The notes under the pieces were generated by a model. The model worked only from the letters and a program-made list of their open reading frames with translations, had not been told where the DNA came from and did no database searches. A stretch of 55,251 nt of DNA from Candidatus Omnitrophota bacterium. Its GTDB lineage: Bacteria; Omnitrophota; Gorgyraeia; Pluralincolimonadales; CAZUZR01. Below, one piece after another: positions 1 through 7,735 of this stretch (its first letter is position 1; every line of letters begins with the position of its first letter). The position numbers and the translations under genes are program-made. The stretch lies in assembly GCA_043821025.1 (NCBI GenBank), contig JBDRDF010000022.1, forward strand, positions 1-55,251. Direction: 5' to 3'.

Positions 1-488
1 ACTTCGGTATACAAAGAAAAGCCTTAAAATTTATAAAGAAATTGAAGATTTAAACGGAATGGCTCAGTGTTATACAAACATTGGAGAAGTATATCGTTAC
101 AAAGGATTATTAGACGAAGCGATTAAGTATTATAAATTGGGATTAGAACTCGATGAAAGTGTTGGTGCCTATTATGAAGCAGGTGTTGATTACAATGTTT
201 TGGGAGAGATATATTTGGAAAAAAAAGATTTCGATCAAGCATTACTTTATTTTGAAAAAGCCCTCGTTATCCGTAGAAAAGGTGGAGGAATTTCTCTTTC
301 TGAGACTTTAGCAGATTTAGGGGAATTATGTTACAAAAAAAGGTGATTTTGATAAAGCAGTAAAATATCTAAAAGAGGCTTTGGAGATAGGTAATGAAAT
401 TGGAAAAGATAGATGTATGTTTGACTATAAAGAAACGGAGGAATTATTAAAAGAAGTAGAGTTTAAAACTGGTAGCACGTTGAAGTAG
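1..488 (+). pseudogene. TPR-repeat protein, 5'-truncated by the window edge and frameshifted at an A7 run (335-341)
   Basis: The frame of ORF 59..346 is open back to position 2 and has TPR repeats (AQCYTNIGEVYRYKGLLDEAIKYY; DYNVLGEIYLEKKDFDQALLYFEKAL). Removing one A from 335-341 continues the TPR pattern (YKKGDFDKAVKYLKEALEIG...) to TAG at 486-488. Confidence 0.8.
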
Positions 489-521
489 CAAATCGTAACC
501 TATAGTATTATAAAGAGTTAC

Positions 522-554
522 AAAAAAGAGGCGTTTAAGAAATGCCTCTTTTTT
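522..554 (+). terminator. Intrinsic terminator after the TPR gene (possibly bidirectional)
   Basis: AAAAAAGAGGCGTT-TAAGA-AATGCCTCTTTTTT hairpin with A and T tails. Confidence 0.8.
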
Positions 555-673
555 GTTAAATTAGACAGCTTTGCAACTCTATTATTATACAGGATGAAAA
601 ATAGAGCGCCAAAAATTATTTGTTAGATTTTTAACAGTTCTGACTCTATTCTTTAATGAAAGGAGGGTTAAAG

Positions 674-814
674 ATGAAAAAGATAATTATAGCAATTCTG
701 GCGATGTTCGCTTTAGTAACCGTGGATAAAGCCTTTGCTTATTGGAAACCGCCTGTTGAGATCATTTGTCAGGATCCGAGTCAAGTGCCCTTTGAAAACA
801 TGGACATAAAATGA
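674..814 (+). CDS. 46-aa secreted micropeptide MKKIIIAILAMFALVTVDKAFA|YWKPPVEIICQDPSQVPFENMDIK (not in ORF track)
   Basis: AGGAGG RBS at 661-666, ATG 674, TGA 812-814. Classic Sec signal peptide ending A-F-A. Confidence 0.75.
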   Translation: MKKIIIAILAMFALVTVDKAFAYWKPPVEIICQDPSQVPFENMDIK

Positions 815-832
815 GAGGAAAGGAGGTGTAAA

Positions 833-991
833 ATGAAGAAATTAATAATAATTATTATGATGTTGATTAGTTTAGGCGTTATGACCAGCGAATGTTTTGC
901 TCATAGCGGTGGTTTAGATGGTTGGGGTGGACATTACGTTAGAACTCCAGGACCTGGTAGGATAGTCGGAACGTATCATTTTCACAGATAA
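833..991 (+). CDS. 52-aa secreted His-rich YHYH-type micropeptide MKKLIIIIMMLISLGVMTSECFA|HSGGLDGWGGHYVRTPGPGRIVGTYHFHR (not in ORF track)
   Basis: AGGAGGT RBS at 821-827 and a signal peptide. The mature part matches the HSG-xD-xGGH...YHxH pattern of small YHYH-domain proteins. Confidence 0.8.
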   Translation: MKKLIIIIMMLISLGVMTSECFAHSGGLDGWGGHYVRTPGPGRIVGTYHFHR

Positions 992-999
992 ACTTAAAT

Positions 1000-1041
1000 A
1001 GGCCCTACCGGGAGATACTTTTCCTGTAGGGCCTCTTTTTT
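1000..1041 (+). terminator. Intrinsic terminator after the peptide genes
   Basis: AGGCCCTAC (1000-1008) pairs with GTAGGGCCT (1026-1034), followed by CTTTTTT. Confidence 0.8.
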
Positions 1042-1062
1042 GAGGTATACAAGGAGGAAAAT

Positions 1063-1560
1063 ATGGCTCGAAAAGTTTTCTATAGCTTTCACTACAAACC
1101 AGATAATTGGAGAGCATCTCAGGTGAGAAATATGGGGGTTATTGAGGGAAATGCGCCAGTATCAGATAACGATTGGGAACAAATAACGCGCGGCGGAGAC
1201 GAGGCAATAAAAAGATGGATTAATGAACAGTTAGACGGAAAGTCTTGCTCAGTTATTCTTATTGGAACAAACACAGCCGGAAGGAAATGGATTACCTATG
1301 AAATTAAAAAGACTTGGAACGACGATAAGGGTGTACTGGGAATTTATATTCACAATCTTGAGGATAGAGAAGGCAAGCAATCCGCAAAAGGCAACAATCC
1401 ATTTGACTATTTAACAATGAATCAGGATGGTAAAAAACTTTCCAGTATCGTTAAAGCTTACGATCCACCTTTTTCAACAGGTACGTATGTTTATGGCTAT
1501 ATCAAAGACCACTTAACAGATTGGGTTGAGGAAGCGATAAAAATTAGAGAAAACTATTAG
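1063..1560 (+). CDS. TIR-domain protein, Thoeris ThsB / MTH538 (DUF1863)-like
   Basis: RKVFYSFHY start, D-W-R-QVRN, IKRWINEQL, and ILIG-T-RKWITYEI with the catalytic Glu. AGGAGG RBS. Confidence 0.85.
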   Translation: MARKVFYSFHYKPDNWRASQVRNMGVIEGNAPVSDNDWEQITRGGDEAIKRWINEQLDGKSCSVILIGTNTAGRKWITYEIKKTWNDDKGVLGIYIHNLEDREGKQSAKGNNPFDYLTMNQDGKKLSSIVKAYDPPFSTGTYVYGYIKDHLTDWVEEAIKIRENY

Positions 1561-1570
1561 ATAGAGTAAG

Positions 1571-2038
1571 ATGACAAATTCCTCTGAAAAAGATTCACAA
1601 GCTATCCAAATACATTTGGAAATTACACAATCTGTTATCCAAAGAATGGCTTCAAATAGTGCTTCATGTAAAGCGTGGTGTATAACGTTGGTTTCAGCTA
1701 TTTTAGTTATTGTAGCAGACAAAGGTAAACCTCAATATGCTTTGATTGCAGTAATGCCTACTATTCTTTTTTTAATTCTTGATGCATACTATCTTGCCCT
1801 CGAAAGAATGTTCCGTAGTTCTTATAATAAATTTATAGAAAAATTGCATAACGGTAAAGTAGTTGCTTCCGATTTATATGCTGTATCACCATCTGGAAGC
1901 AAAATTAAAACATCCCTAGCTTCGTTACTTTCATTTTCAATTTGGCCGTTTTATCTAACTTTATTTGCTATGATTTTTTGTATTAAAAAAATTGTATTAA
2001 ATCCCAATCCACCTTATTGGGTTTGGTTATCTAAATAA
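1571..2038 (+). CDS. Small multi-TM membrane protein, putative effector partnered with the TIR gene
   Basis: About three hydrophobic segments. HLE-Q-VI-RMASNS-K-W and LDAYYL-ER-FR-Y motifs. Starts 10 nt after the TIR stop. Confidence 0.7.
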   Translation: MTNSSEKDSQAIQIHLEITQSVIQRMASNSASCKAWCITLVSAILVIVADKGKPQYALIAVMPTILFLILDAYYLALERMFRSSYNKFIEKLHNGKVVASDLYAVSPSGSKIKTSLASLLSFSIWPFYLTLFAMIFCIKKIVLNPNPPYWVWLSK

Positions 2039-2370
2039 TATACTTTTCGGCGAAGAGTTCGTTATACATAAATAATTGCAAAACTCGTTCAATATGCGCC
2101 CCGCCCACCTTAAAAGTATATGTCCAACTTAGCCCAAAAATGCCCAAAATCAGGGCGTTAGCGGGGGAGAGGCCTATAAAAATAGCCCCTTGAAAAATCC
2201 ATCCATTTACCTTACCGGAAGAATAAACAAGCAAATTAGCCTTAAAAACAGTTAAAATGAGGTGCTAGCGGGCTCACAATGACAGAAAGCAATACAAGCC
2301 AGAAGCACTTTAGGTCTAGGAACGCCAGGCAGAACAGGCCTTATACACAGCTTATTCTCTGTGCTCCACT

Positions 2371-2398
2371 ACTTAACATAAGATATATTATAGGCGCA
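2371..2398 (-). other. dif: dif-like XerC/XerD recombination site
   Basis: The minus strand reads TGCGCCTATAA-TATATC-TTATGTTAAGT (11-6-11). The XerD arm differs by one base from E. coli TTATGTTAAAT. Gene orientation switches here. Confidence 0.8.
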
Positions 2399-2441
2399 TT
2401 GCGTGAAGGAAAAAAGCAAAGGTTGAACACGTCGCCAAAAG

Positions 2442-2603
2442 TTATATTTTCTTTAGGTAATCCTCAATAGCTTCACGTATAATTTGACTGATGGGTTTAT
2501 TTATTTTTTTTGATGCAGAATTAAGTTTTTCAAGTAAAGCGCTCGGGAGACGTAAAACATACTGTTTATCGAAATGTTTTTGTCTTAGGATACTTTCCAC
2601 CAT
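2442..2603 (-). CDS. 53-aa ribbon-helix-helix (CopG/Arc-like) DNA-binding protein (not in ORF track)
   Basis: MVESILRQKHFDKQYVLRLPSALLEKLNSASKKINKPISQIIREAIEDYLKKI. GGAGG RBS. RHH pattern xLRLP...L......S..IREAI..YL. Confidence 0.75.
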   Translation of the reverse strand: MVESILRQKHFDKQYVLRLPSALLEKLNSASKKINKPISQIIREAIEDYLKKI

Positions 2604-2615
2604 TTTCCCCTCCGT

Positions 2616-3443
2616 TCATTTTTTAATGCTTTTGGAGTAATTCGTAATCTCCCCCGTCACAATGCCCCAAGGAGACTGCATTTTAAACAAAAGCGGGACT
2701 CTTCCCTCATCGGCACTAAAATAAGCCCAAACTCTGCCCCTTTTGACGAAAAAACCCCTAAATTTGGGATATGGCTCAACAATAAAGGCGTTTATAACCC
2801 CGATTTTGCGCAATTCTATTGGCTTTGCATCCAGCACCTTGGCCTCAAGTTGCCAGTTTTTTTCATCGCAGTTTACATTCAAAAAATAGGATTTGCCGAC
2901 CTCAACGTCTAAAAGCCTAAAATAATAAAAACATGAAGCAGCATCTTGGACCTTCTCTGGAATTTCAAACTCTTTTATAGACTTGTTCAAAAGCGATTTG
3001 TAGGTTGCCCGGTGGTTATTTTGGTCAAATTCTATTATTTCTTCGGACCTGTAGCCACCTTCATACTGATATTTTTCAAAACGTACCGAATATAATTCCT
3101 CCTTATCAATATAGGTGTGAACAACGTCCTTTACTCTATAAAACTTAGACAAAAACTCGTTTGATTCGGCTTCTGCAATAATATGATATGTTTCTCTGCC
3201 GTTTAATTTAACAATTTCCTTTACATGAAGGCTGGTATATCCTATAGGAATACCCATCCATCTGACAAGGTATGTATACCTCTCCCCTATCCTTAAGGAT
3301 TTATTTGCAGGTAAAATTTGGACTTCTAAAGACACTTGGGGCTTAGATTCTATATTTATATTATATGCATAAGCCCCTAAGCCAAAAATTAAAGCGCCTA
3401 CCAAGGAAAATATGCTCAGCAGACGCTTATTCGATCTTTTCAT
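2616..3443 (-). CDS. DUF3108-family exported protein
   Basis: Signal peptide; GERYTY-V-W-GI-G, FYRVKD and D-R-P motifs. Confidence 0.7.
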   Translation of the reverse strand: MKRSNKRLLSIFSLVGALIFGLGAYAYNINIESKPQVSLEVQILPANKSLRIGERYTYLVRWMGIPIGYTSLHVKEIVKLNGRETYHIIAEAESNEFLSKFYRVKDVVHTYIDKEELYSVRFEKYQYEGGYRSEEIIEFDQNNHRATYKSLLNKSIKEFEIPEKVQDAASCFYYFRLLDVEVGKSYFLNVNCDEKNWQLEAKVLDAKPIELRKIGVINAFIVEPYPKFRGFFVKRGRVWAYFSADEGRVPLLFKMQSPWGIVTGEITNYSKSIKK

Positions 3444-3446
3444 AAA

Positions 3447-3824
3447 TTATAATTCTGTTGGGCGCATTCCGATTGCCAAGATGCTGCAGGCTTGGATAAC
3501 ATTTATACCGAGATTTTTTGCCTTCATAACCAATTCCTCGCTTTCGGCACCGGGATTTAGATATATCTCTTTAATGCCTTTTTTTACAATTTCTTCGATG
3601 ACTTTTAATCCAACTGATGGTGGAACATAAAAACTTGCGATATCAATGTCTTCCGGTACATCTAAAACGCTCTTATAGGCCTTAATGCCCTCTACGGTTT
3701 CAAGCAACGGATGTATTGGGTAGACCTTATATCCTTTTTTTAGGTAGGCCCTTACCGCTTTATTGCCAAATTTATTTCGGTTATTCGATGCGCCGATTAT
3801 AGCAATTGATTTTGCTTGTAGCAC
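3447..3824 (-). CDS. CoA-binding protein (YccU-like)
   Basis: IAIIGASNNRNKFG, YPIHP and NPGAES motifs. Confidence 0.85.
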   Translation of the reverse strand: MLQAKSIAIIGASNNRNKFGNKAVRAYLKKGYKVYPIHPLLETVEGIKAYKSVLDVPEDIDIASFYVPPSVGLKVIEEIVKKGIKEIYLNPGAESEELVMKAKNLGINVIQACSILAIGMRPTEL

Positions 3825-4201
3825 CTGAATTGTTCCCAGAGGCGTTTAAACCGAGATTCGTATATCATTTCGTAGAGATCCATCTTGTCTGGAAATAAAT
3901 CCTGACATCTTTTTTTGACTTTTTCTTTTTCTATCTCTATATCAACCTCAGGATAATCGGTGCTAACGATGAGGAAGCACACCCTATTTGCTAATCTCTG
4001 CAATTCCCCTACCTTTAAATCCTCTTCGTTGATTTGAAGTTTTTGATAAACTTTACGGATCAGCTCTGATTCTTCTCCCCTTCTTTCTATTTTATAATGG
4101 CTTAAAAACACGGTTTCCCCACAATCGCAATTTATAGAATTTCCGAACTGGAATAAGACAACGTCATATTGCTTGCCACATTTTTTGCATTGTATTGCCA
4201 T
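3797..4201 (-). CDS. Hypothetical protein with N-terminal Zn-ribbon
   Basis: CKKC...CDC motifs; embedded in the operon. Confidence 0.65.
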   Translation of the reverse strand: MAIQCKKCGKQYDVVLFQFGNSINCDCGETVFLSHYKIERRGEESELIRKVYQKLQINEEDLKVGELQRLANRVCFLIVSTDYPEVDIEIEKEKVKKRCQDLFPDKMDLYEMIYESRFKRLWEQFRCYKQNQLL

Positions 4202-4206
4202 CGTTT

Positions 4207-4992
4207 TTATCCCTTAATTTCACGCATCAAAATTTGAGACATCTTTTTATGAATTCTTCCGTTCGATGCCAATATCTCTTTTAGGTAATAATTGTAATTT
4301 CCGCCGCTAAAAGTAGTGACTTTTCCGCCTGCTTCTTCTACGATTAACCATCCGGCAGCTGTATCCCAAGGGTTTAGCTCTAATTCCCAAAACCCATCAA
4401 ATCGTCCACAGGCAACATAGCAAAGGTCAAGGCTTGCCGAGCCTGCCCTACGGACAGCTTGGGCAGTAAATAAAAAATCTTTGAAGTGGGAGATATTGTT
4501 ATCTTTAAGTTCGCGTATCTTATAGGAAAAACCCGTGGCAAGCAAACTTTTGCTAAGTTGCGAAGTCCTTGAGACCCTTATCGTTTTGTCGTTTAAATAA
4601 GCACCACAATTTAACTCAGCTGAAAATAATTCATTACGTTCAGGGTCATAAACCAATCCGAATATGGGTCTGCCCTTCTCTTCTAACGCTATTGAAATCG
4701 CATAAAAAGGAAAGGCGTGTACGTAATTCGTAGTTCCATCAAGCGGGTCGAGGACCCATCTGAAGTTAGATTCCCCCTTAATTTCACCTATTTCCTCTGA
4801 CAGAAAGCCGTCAGCGGGAAAATACCTTTGTAAGGCTTTTATTATCATCTCTTCTGCCCTACGATCTATGTCCGTTACAAGATCAATAGCGCCTTTTAAT
4901 CTTGTTTTCCTAACCTTCCCTAAATTGTTTTTTAAATATTTGCCGGCCGTTAGGACTATTTCAATGGGGATATCCTTGATTCTGCTCTTCAT
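4207..4992 (-). CDS. suhB: Inositol monophosphatase family protein
   Basis: WVLDPLDGTTNY, RR-GSA-LD and PWD-AAG motifs. Confidence 0.9.
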   Translation of the reverse strand: MKSRIKDIPIEIVLTAGKYLKNNLGKVRKTRLKGAIDLVTDIDRRAEEMIIKALQRYFPADGFLSEEIGEIKGESNFRWVLDPLDGTTNYVHAFPFYAISIALEEKGRPIFGLVYDPERNELFSAELNCGAYLNDKTIRVSRTSQLSKSLLATGFSYKIRELKDNNISHFKDFLFTAQAVRRAGSASLDLCYVACGRFDGFWELELNPWDTAAGWLIVEEAGGKVTTFSGGNYNYYLKEILASNGRIHKKMSQILMREIKG

Positions 4993-4998
4993 AAATGG

Positions 4999-5361
4999 CT
5001 AAGTTTTAATTCCCTCTTCGCTAAATTTGGCAATTGCCTCATCTTCGGTAGGATAAATTTCAAAAACTTTGTCTAGATCTGTGATTTCAAACACCTCCTT
5101 TACTTTACCCTTTAATTCGCAAAATTTTAATTTTCCATTTTTTTCTTTTACTTTTTTAAGTACGAAAACCAAAGCTGCCATAACCAAGGAAGACATAAAC
5201 GCCAATTTTTTGAAGTCCACGACCAAATTCTTCGATTCCTTTTCAATAACTTCTGAAAATTCGTTTTTTACTTTATCGATTTCGTACATAGTTATCTCTT
5301 CTTTTAAGATCGTCATAACGGCTATTTCCCCACTCTTTTTCACTGAAAAGAATTCACCCAT
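4999..5361 (-). CDS. STAS-domain anti-sigma factor antagonist
   Basis: LVVDF-L-FMSS and VFEIT-LDKVFEIY motifs. Confidence 0.8.
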   Translation of the reverse strand: MGEFFSVKKSGEIAVMTILKEEITMYEIDKVKNEFSEVIEKESKNLVVDFKKLAFMSSLVMAALVFVLKKVKEKNGKLKFCELKGKVKEVFEITDLDKVFEIYPTEDEAIAKFSEEGIKT

Positions 5362-5405
5362 TTCGTATCTCCTTTGTTTAGAATTTTATTGTTTTGTTCT
5401 AAACG

Positions 5406-5483
5406 TTACTTTTTACCTCGATGAGCCTTACCTGAAAAGCGCTTTCTCCTTCTTCTTGACCTAAGTTTTCTTGGCAATCCCAT
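5406..5483 (-). CDS. 25-aa very basic peptide MGLPRKLRSRRRRKRFSGKAHRGKK (not in ORF track)
   Basis: ATG directly follows the upstream TAA; GGGGGA RBS; fills the intergenic gap. Confidence 0.55.
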   Translation of the reverse strand: MGLPRKLRSRRRRKRFSGKAHRGKK

Positions 5484-5753
5484 TTATTCGTCCCCCTTTT
5501 TGCGCTCAAGCGGTTTAAGCCCGATTTTATGCGCTATATCATAGACCTCTTTTGTTGAGATTTCGTTTAGGGTTTTACCTCGTTTCTTTAATTGTTCATT
5601 GAATTTTATCGCCTTCTCTTTCATAATTTCATGGGTTGCCTTTGAACCTCCGTATAATCGGAAGTTCTCCCCTACGGTAATCCTTCTATGTCCATCGTCA
5701 CAATCGAAGCCCAAACCTAAGAGTATCTTTCTAATTATATCTTTCTTTTTCAT
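5484..5753 (-). CDS. Conserved hypothetical protein (PVC-type LLGLG-D-DGH-RIT-G-NF-L-GGS-TH family)
   Basis: Recognisable conserved motif; in operon. Confidence 0.7.
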   Translation of the reverse strand: MKKKDIIRKILLGLGFDCDDGHRRITVGENFRLYGGSKATHEIMKEKAIKFNEQLKKRGKTLNEISTKEVYDIAHKIGLKPLERKKGDE

Positions 5754-5755
5754 CT

Positions 5756-6268
5756 TTATATCTCAATTATTGCTGAATCTTTGCGAACCCTTTTGGGCGG
5801 ATTAGGCGACTTTAGCGGGTACCCTACCGGAATTAAGGATACGGGTCGTAGATTTGATGGAAGGTTTAAAATTTTAGTTACTTCACCTTCGTTAAAAGCC
5901 CCTATCCAAACACTACCTAATCCACGCTCGTAGCAAAGCAACATTAAATTTTGTATGGAGGCAGCGATGTCTTGGAGGGCGTATAGTTCGCTACCGCGCT
6001 TTCCATAATATTTCTCTATCGTCAAATCCGCACATGCAACGATAACCAGCGGAGCTTCAGAAATAAAAGCTTGCTCTAAAGCAGCGTTTACTAATCTATT
6101 TTTTATATCCTGGTCGGAAATAAAATAAAATTTTCTTGCCTGTACATTTCCTGCGCTTGGTGCCCAAATAAGCGATTCCTTTAATTCTTCGATTATATTT
6201 TTAGGGATGCTTTTATTACTGTAGGCGCGAATCGATCTTCTGCCTTTGATTATTTCTAAAATGTCCAA
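5756..6268 (-). CDS. Nitroreductase family protein
   Basis: RRSIRAY, APSAGN-Q and GLGSVWIG motifs. Confidence 0.9.
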   Translation of the reverse strand: MDILEIIKGRRSIRAYSNKSIPKNIIEELKESLIWAPSAGNVQARKFYFISDQDIKNRLVNAALEQAFISEAPLVIVACADLTIEKYYGKRGSELYALQDIAASIQNLMLLCYERGLGSVWIGAFNEGEVTKILNLPSNLRPVSLIPVGYPLKSPNPPKRVRKDSAIIEI

Positions 6269-6286
6269 TTTAATTTACTCCTAGAA

Positions 6287-7735
6287 TTAGTTAGCGACCT
6301 TCGATTTAGCCCTGGATGACGCTTCCCTGTTTAATATCCTTAGAAAAACATCTACTATTTTGGGATCGAATTGCGTGCCGCTGCATCTTTTTAATTCTTC
6401 AACGGCTTGCTCTTTTGGAATAGGCGACCTATAAGAACGGCCGCTAACCATTGCGTCATATGCATCGGCTATCGCTATTATCCGTGCACCGATGCAAATT
6501 TCATCTCCCCTTAAACCATCGGGATAGCCATTGCCATCGTATCTTTCATGATCCTGCCTTAACATAGGAAGTATATTCTTTAAAAATGCCATTGGCCTTA
6601 TAAGTTCGGCGCCAAACACTGGATGCTTCCTTATCATTTTCCACTCTTCTTCTGTAAGTTTACCCGGCTTTGTTATAATGGAATGTGGAACACCTATCTT
6701 TCCCAAGTCGTGAAGTTGACAGGCCTTTCTTATATCTTCTACCTCGTTTGCGGGTAAGCCCATCTCCTTAGCCATCTCAACAGCATAAAATGCCACATTT
6801 TTAGAGTGGTCTTTCGTATACGGATCCTTAGCATCAACCGAGGAAATAAAGGAAGAGATAGCTTCCACATATGCTCTTTGAAAGTCCAAAAGATTTTGGT
6901 AGTACTCATCGCACTTTCTTTCGAGAAATTCGTTAACTTCCCCTAATTCATTTACCGTTGTCTCCAATAATTGCGGCTTTTGACATAGGTTAAAGTAAAT
7001 TTTTTGTAACAGGTTTTTGCGGTGAGACCAAGATAAATGATATATACATGCGGAAGCCCCATAGGTAGTTTCGCCAACTCTGAATGTCCCGTTTGGATTT
7101 AACCTACCAATAATTTCTCCTTTCTCTTCTTTTATATCCTCTTCATCATATTGCCAGACATAATTTGTGCTATCCACTTTATAGAACTTATCTTTGATTA
7201 CTCCGGCACTGCTTATAGGGACACAGCATTCCTTTTCAACGATTTTAACTTCTTTAAGTCGTTGTATCTGCGGTATGGCAGCTAGCACACCGGCTGCAAA
7301 ATAACAAAGGTCCTTACTTATGGTATGGTCTGGGAGGGGAGCGATTTTAACTACAACACTCGTTGGGACACTTTCTAACACTGACAACGTCGATATCCTA
7401 TCAAAATATATATTGTATTTTGGGGCTTTCTTTATTATATATTGTGGATCGCCTATGAGACGGACAACATAATCTAAGACGCCCGCGCTTCTTAATTTTT
7501 CGATTGCAAGGCCGATTTTAAATAAGATCTCGCTATCTTTGAATAGCTCCTTTACGCGAGCGCATATGATGTCGAATGTCTCGTGAGAAATCCAGTTGTT
7601 TGGATTGGTCAAGTATTCTTCGGTATACTCCAAATCCTTAAGGATGTCCCCCAAATTGCCTTTTTCCTTTTTGGCGTAGTTAATGATTGTATTAGTTATG
7701 CGACAGCTGATCTCTTTTTCGTCTTTAAGGTTCAT
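6287..7735 (-). CDS. HD-GYP cyclic-dinucleotide phosphodiesterase with N-terminal sensor region
   Basis: DAKDPYT-HS, LHDLGKIG, HERYDGNGYP and RCSGTQFDP motifs. Confidence 0.9.
   Translation of the reverse strand: MNLKDEKEISCRITNTIINYAKKEKGNLGDILKDLEYTEEYLTNPNNWISHETFDIICARVKELFKDSEILFKIGLAIEKLRSAGVLDYVVRLIGDPQYIIKKAPKYNIYFDRISTLSVLESVPTSVVVKIAPLPDHTISKDLCYFAAGVLAAIPQIQRLKEVKIVEKECCVPISSAGVIKDKFYKVDSTNYVWQYDEEDIKEEKGEIIGRLNPNGTFRVGETTYGASACIYHLSWSHRKNLLQKIYFNLCQKPQLLETTVNELGEVNEFLERKCDEYYQNLLDFQRAYVEAISSFISSVDAKDPYTKDHSKNVAFYAVEMAKEMGLPANEVEDIRKACQLHDLGKIGVPHSIITKPGKLTEEEWKMIRKHPVFGAELIRPMAFLKNILPMLRQDHERYDGNGYPDGLRGDEICIGARIIAIADAYDAMVSGRSYRSPIPKEQAVEELKRCSGTQFDPKIVDVFLRILNREASSRAKSKVAN

Noticed and set aside
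2035-2070. Possible integron attC after the TIR/TM pair (TTCGTTAT)
   Set aside because: No convincing RYYYAAC partner box or paired L boxes, and no integrase in view.
2031-2470. ORFs 2031..2234 (-) and 2279..2470 (+)
   Set aside because: No RBS or recognisable motifs. The second spans the dif site and overlaps the RHH gene.
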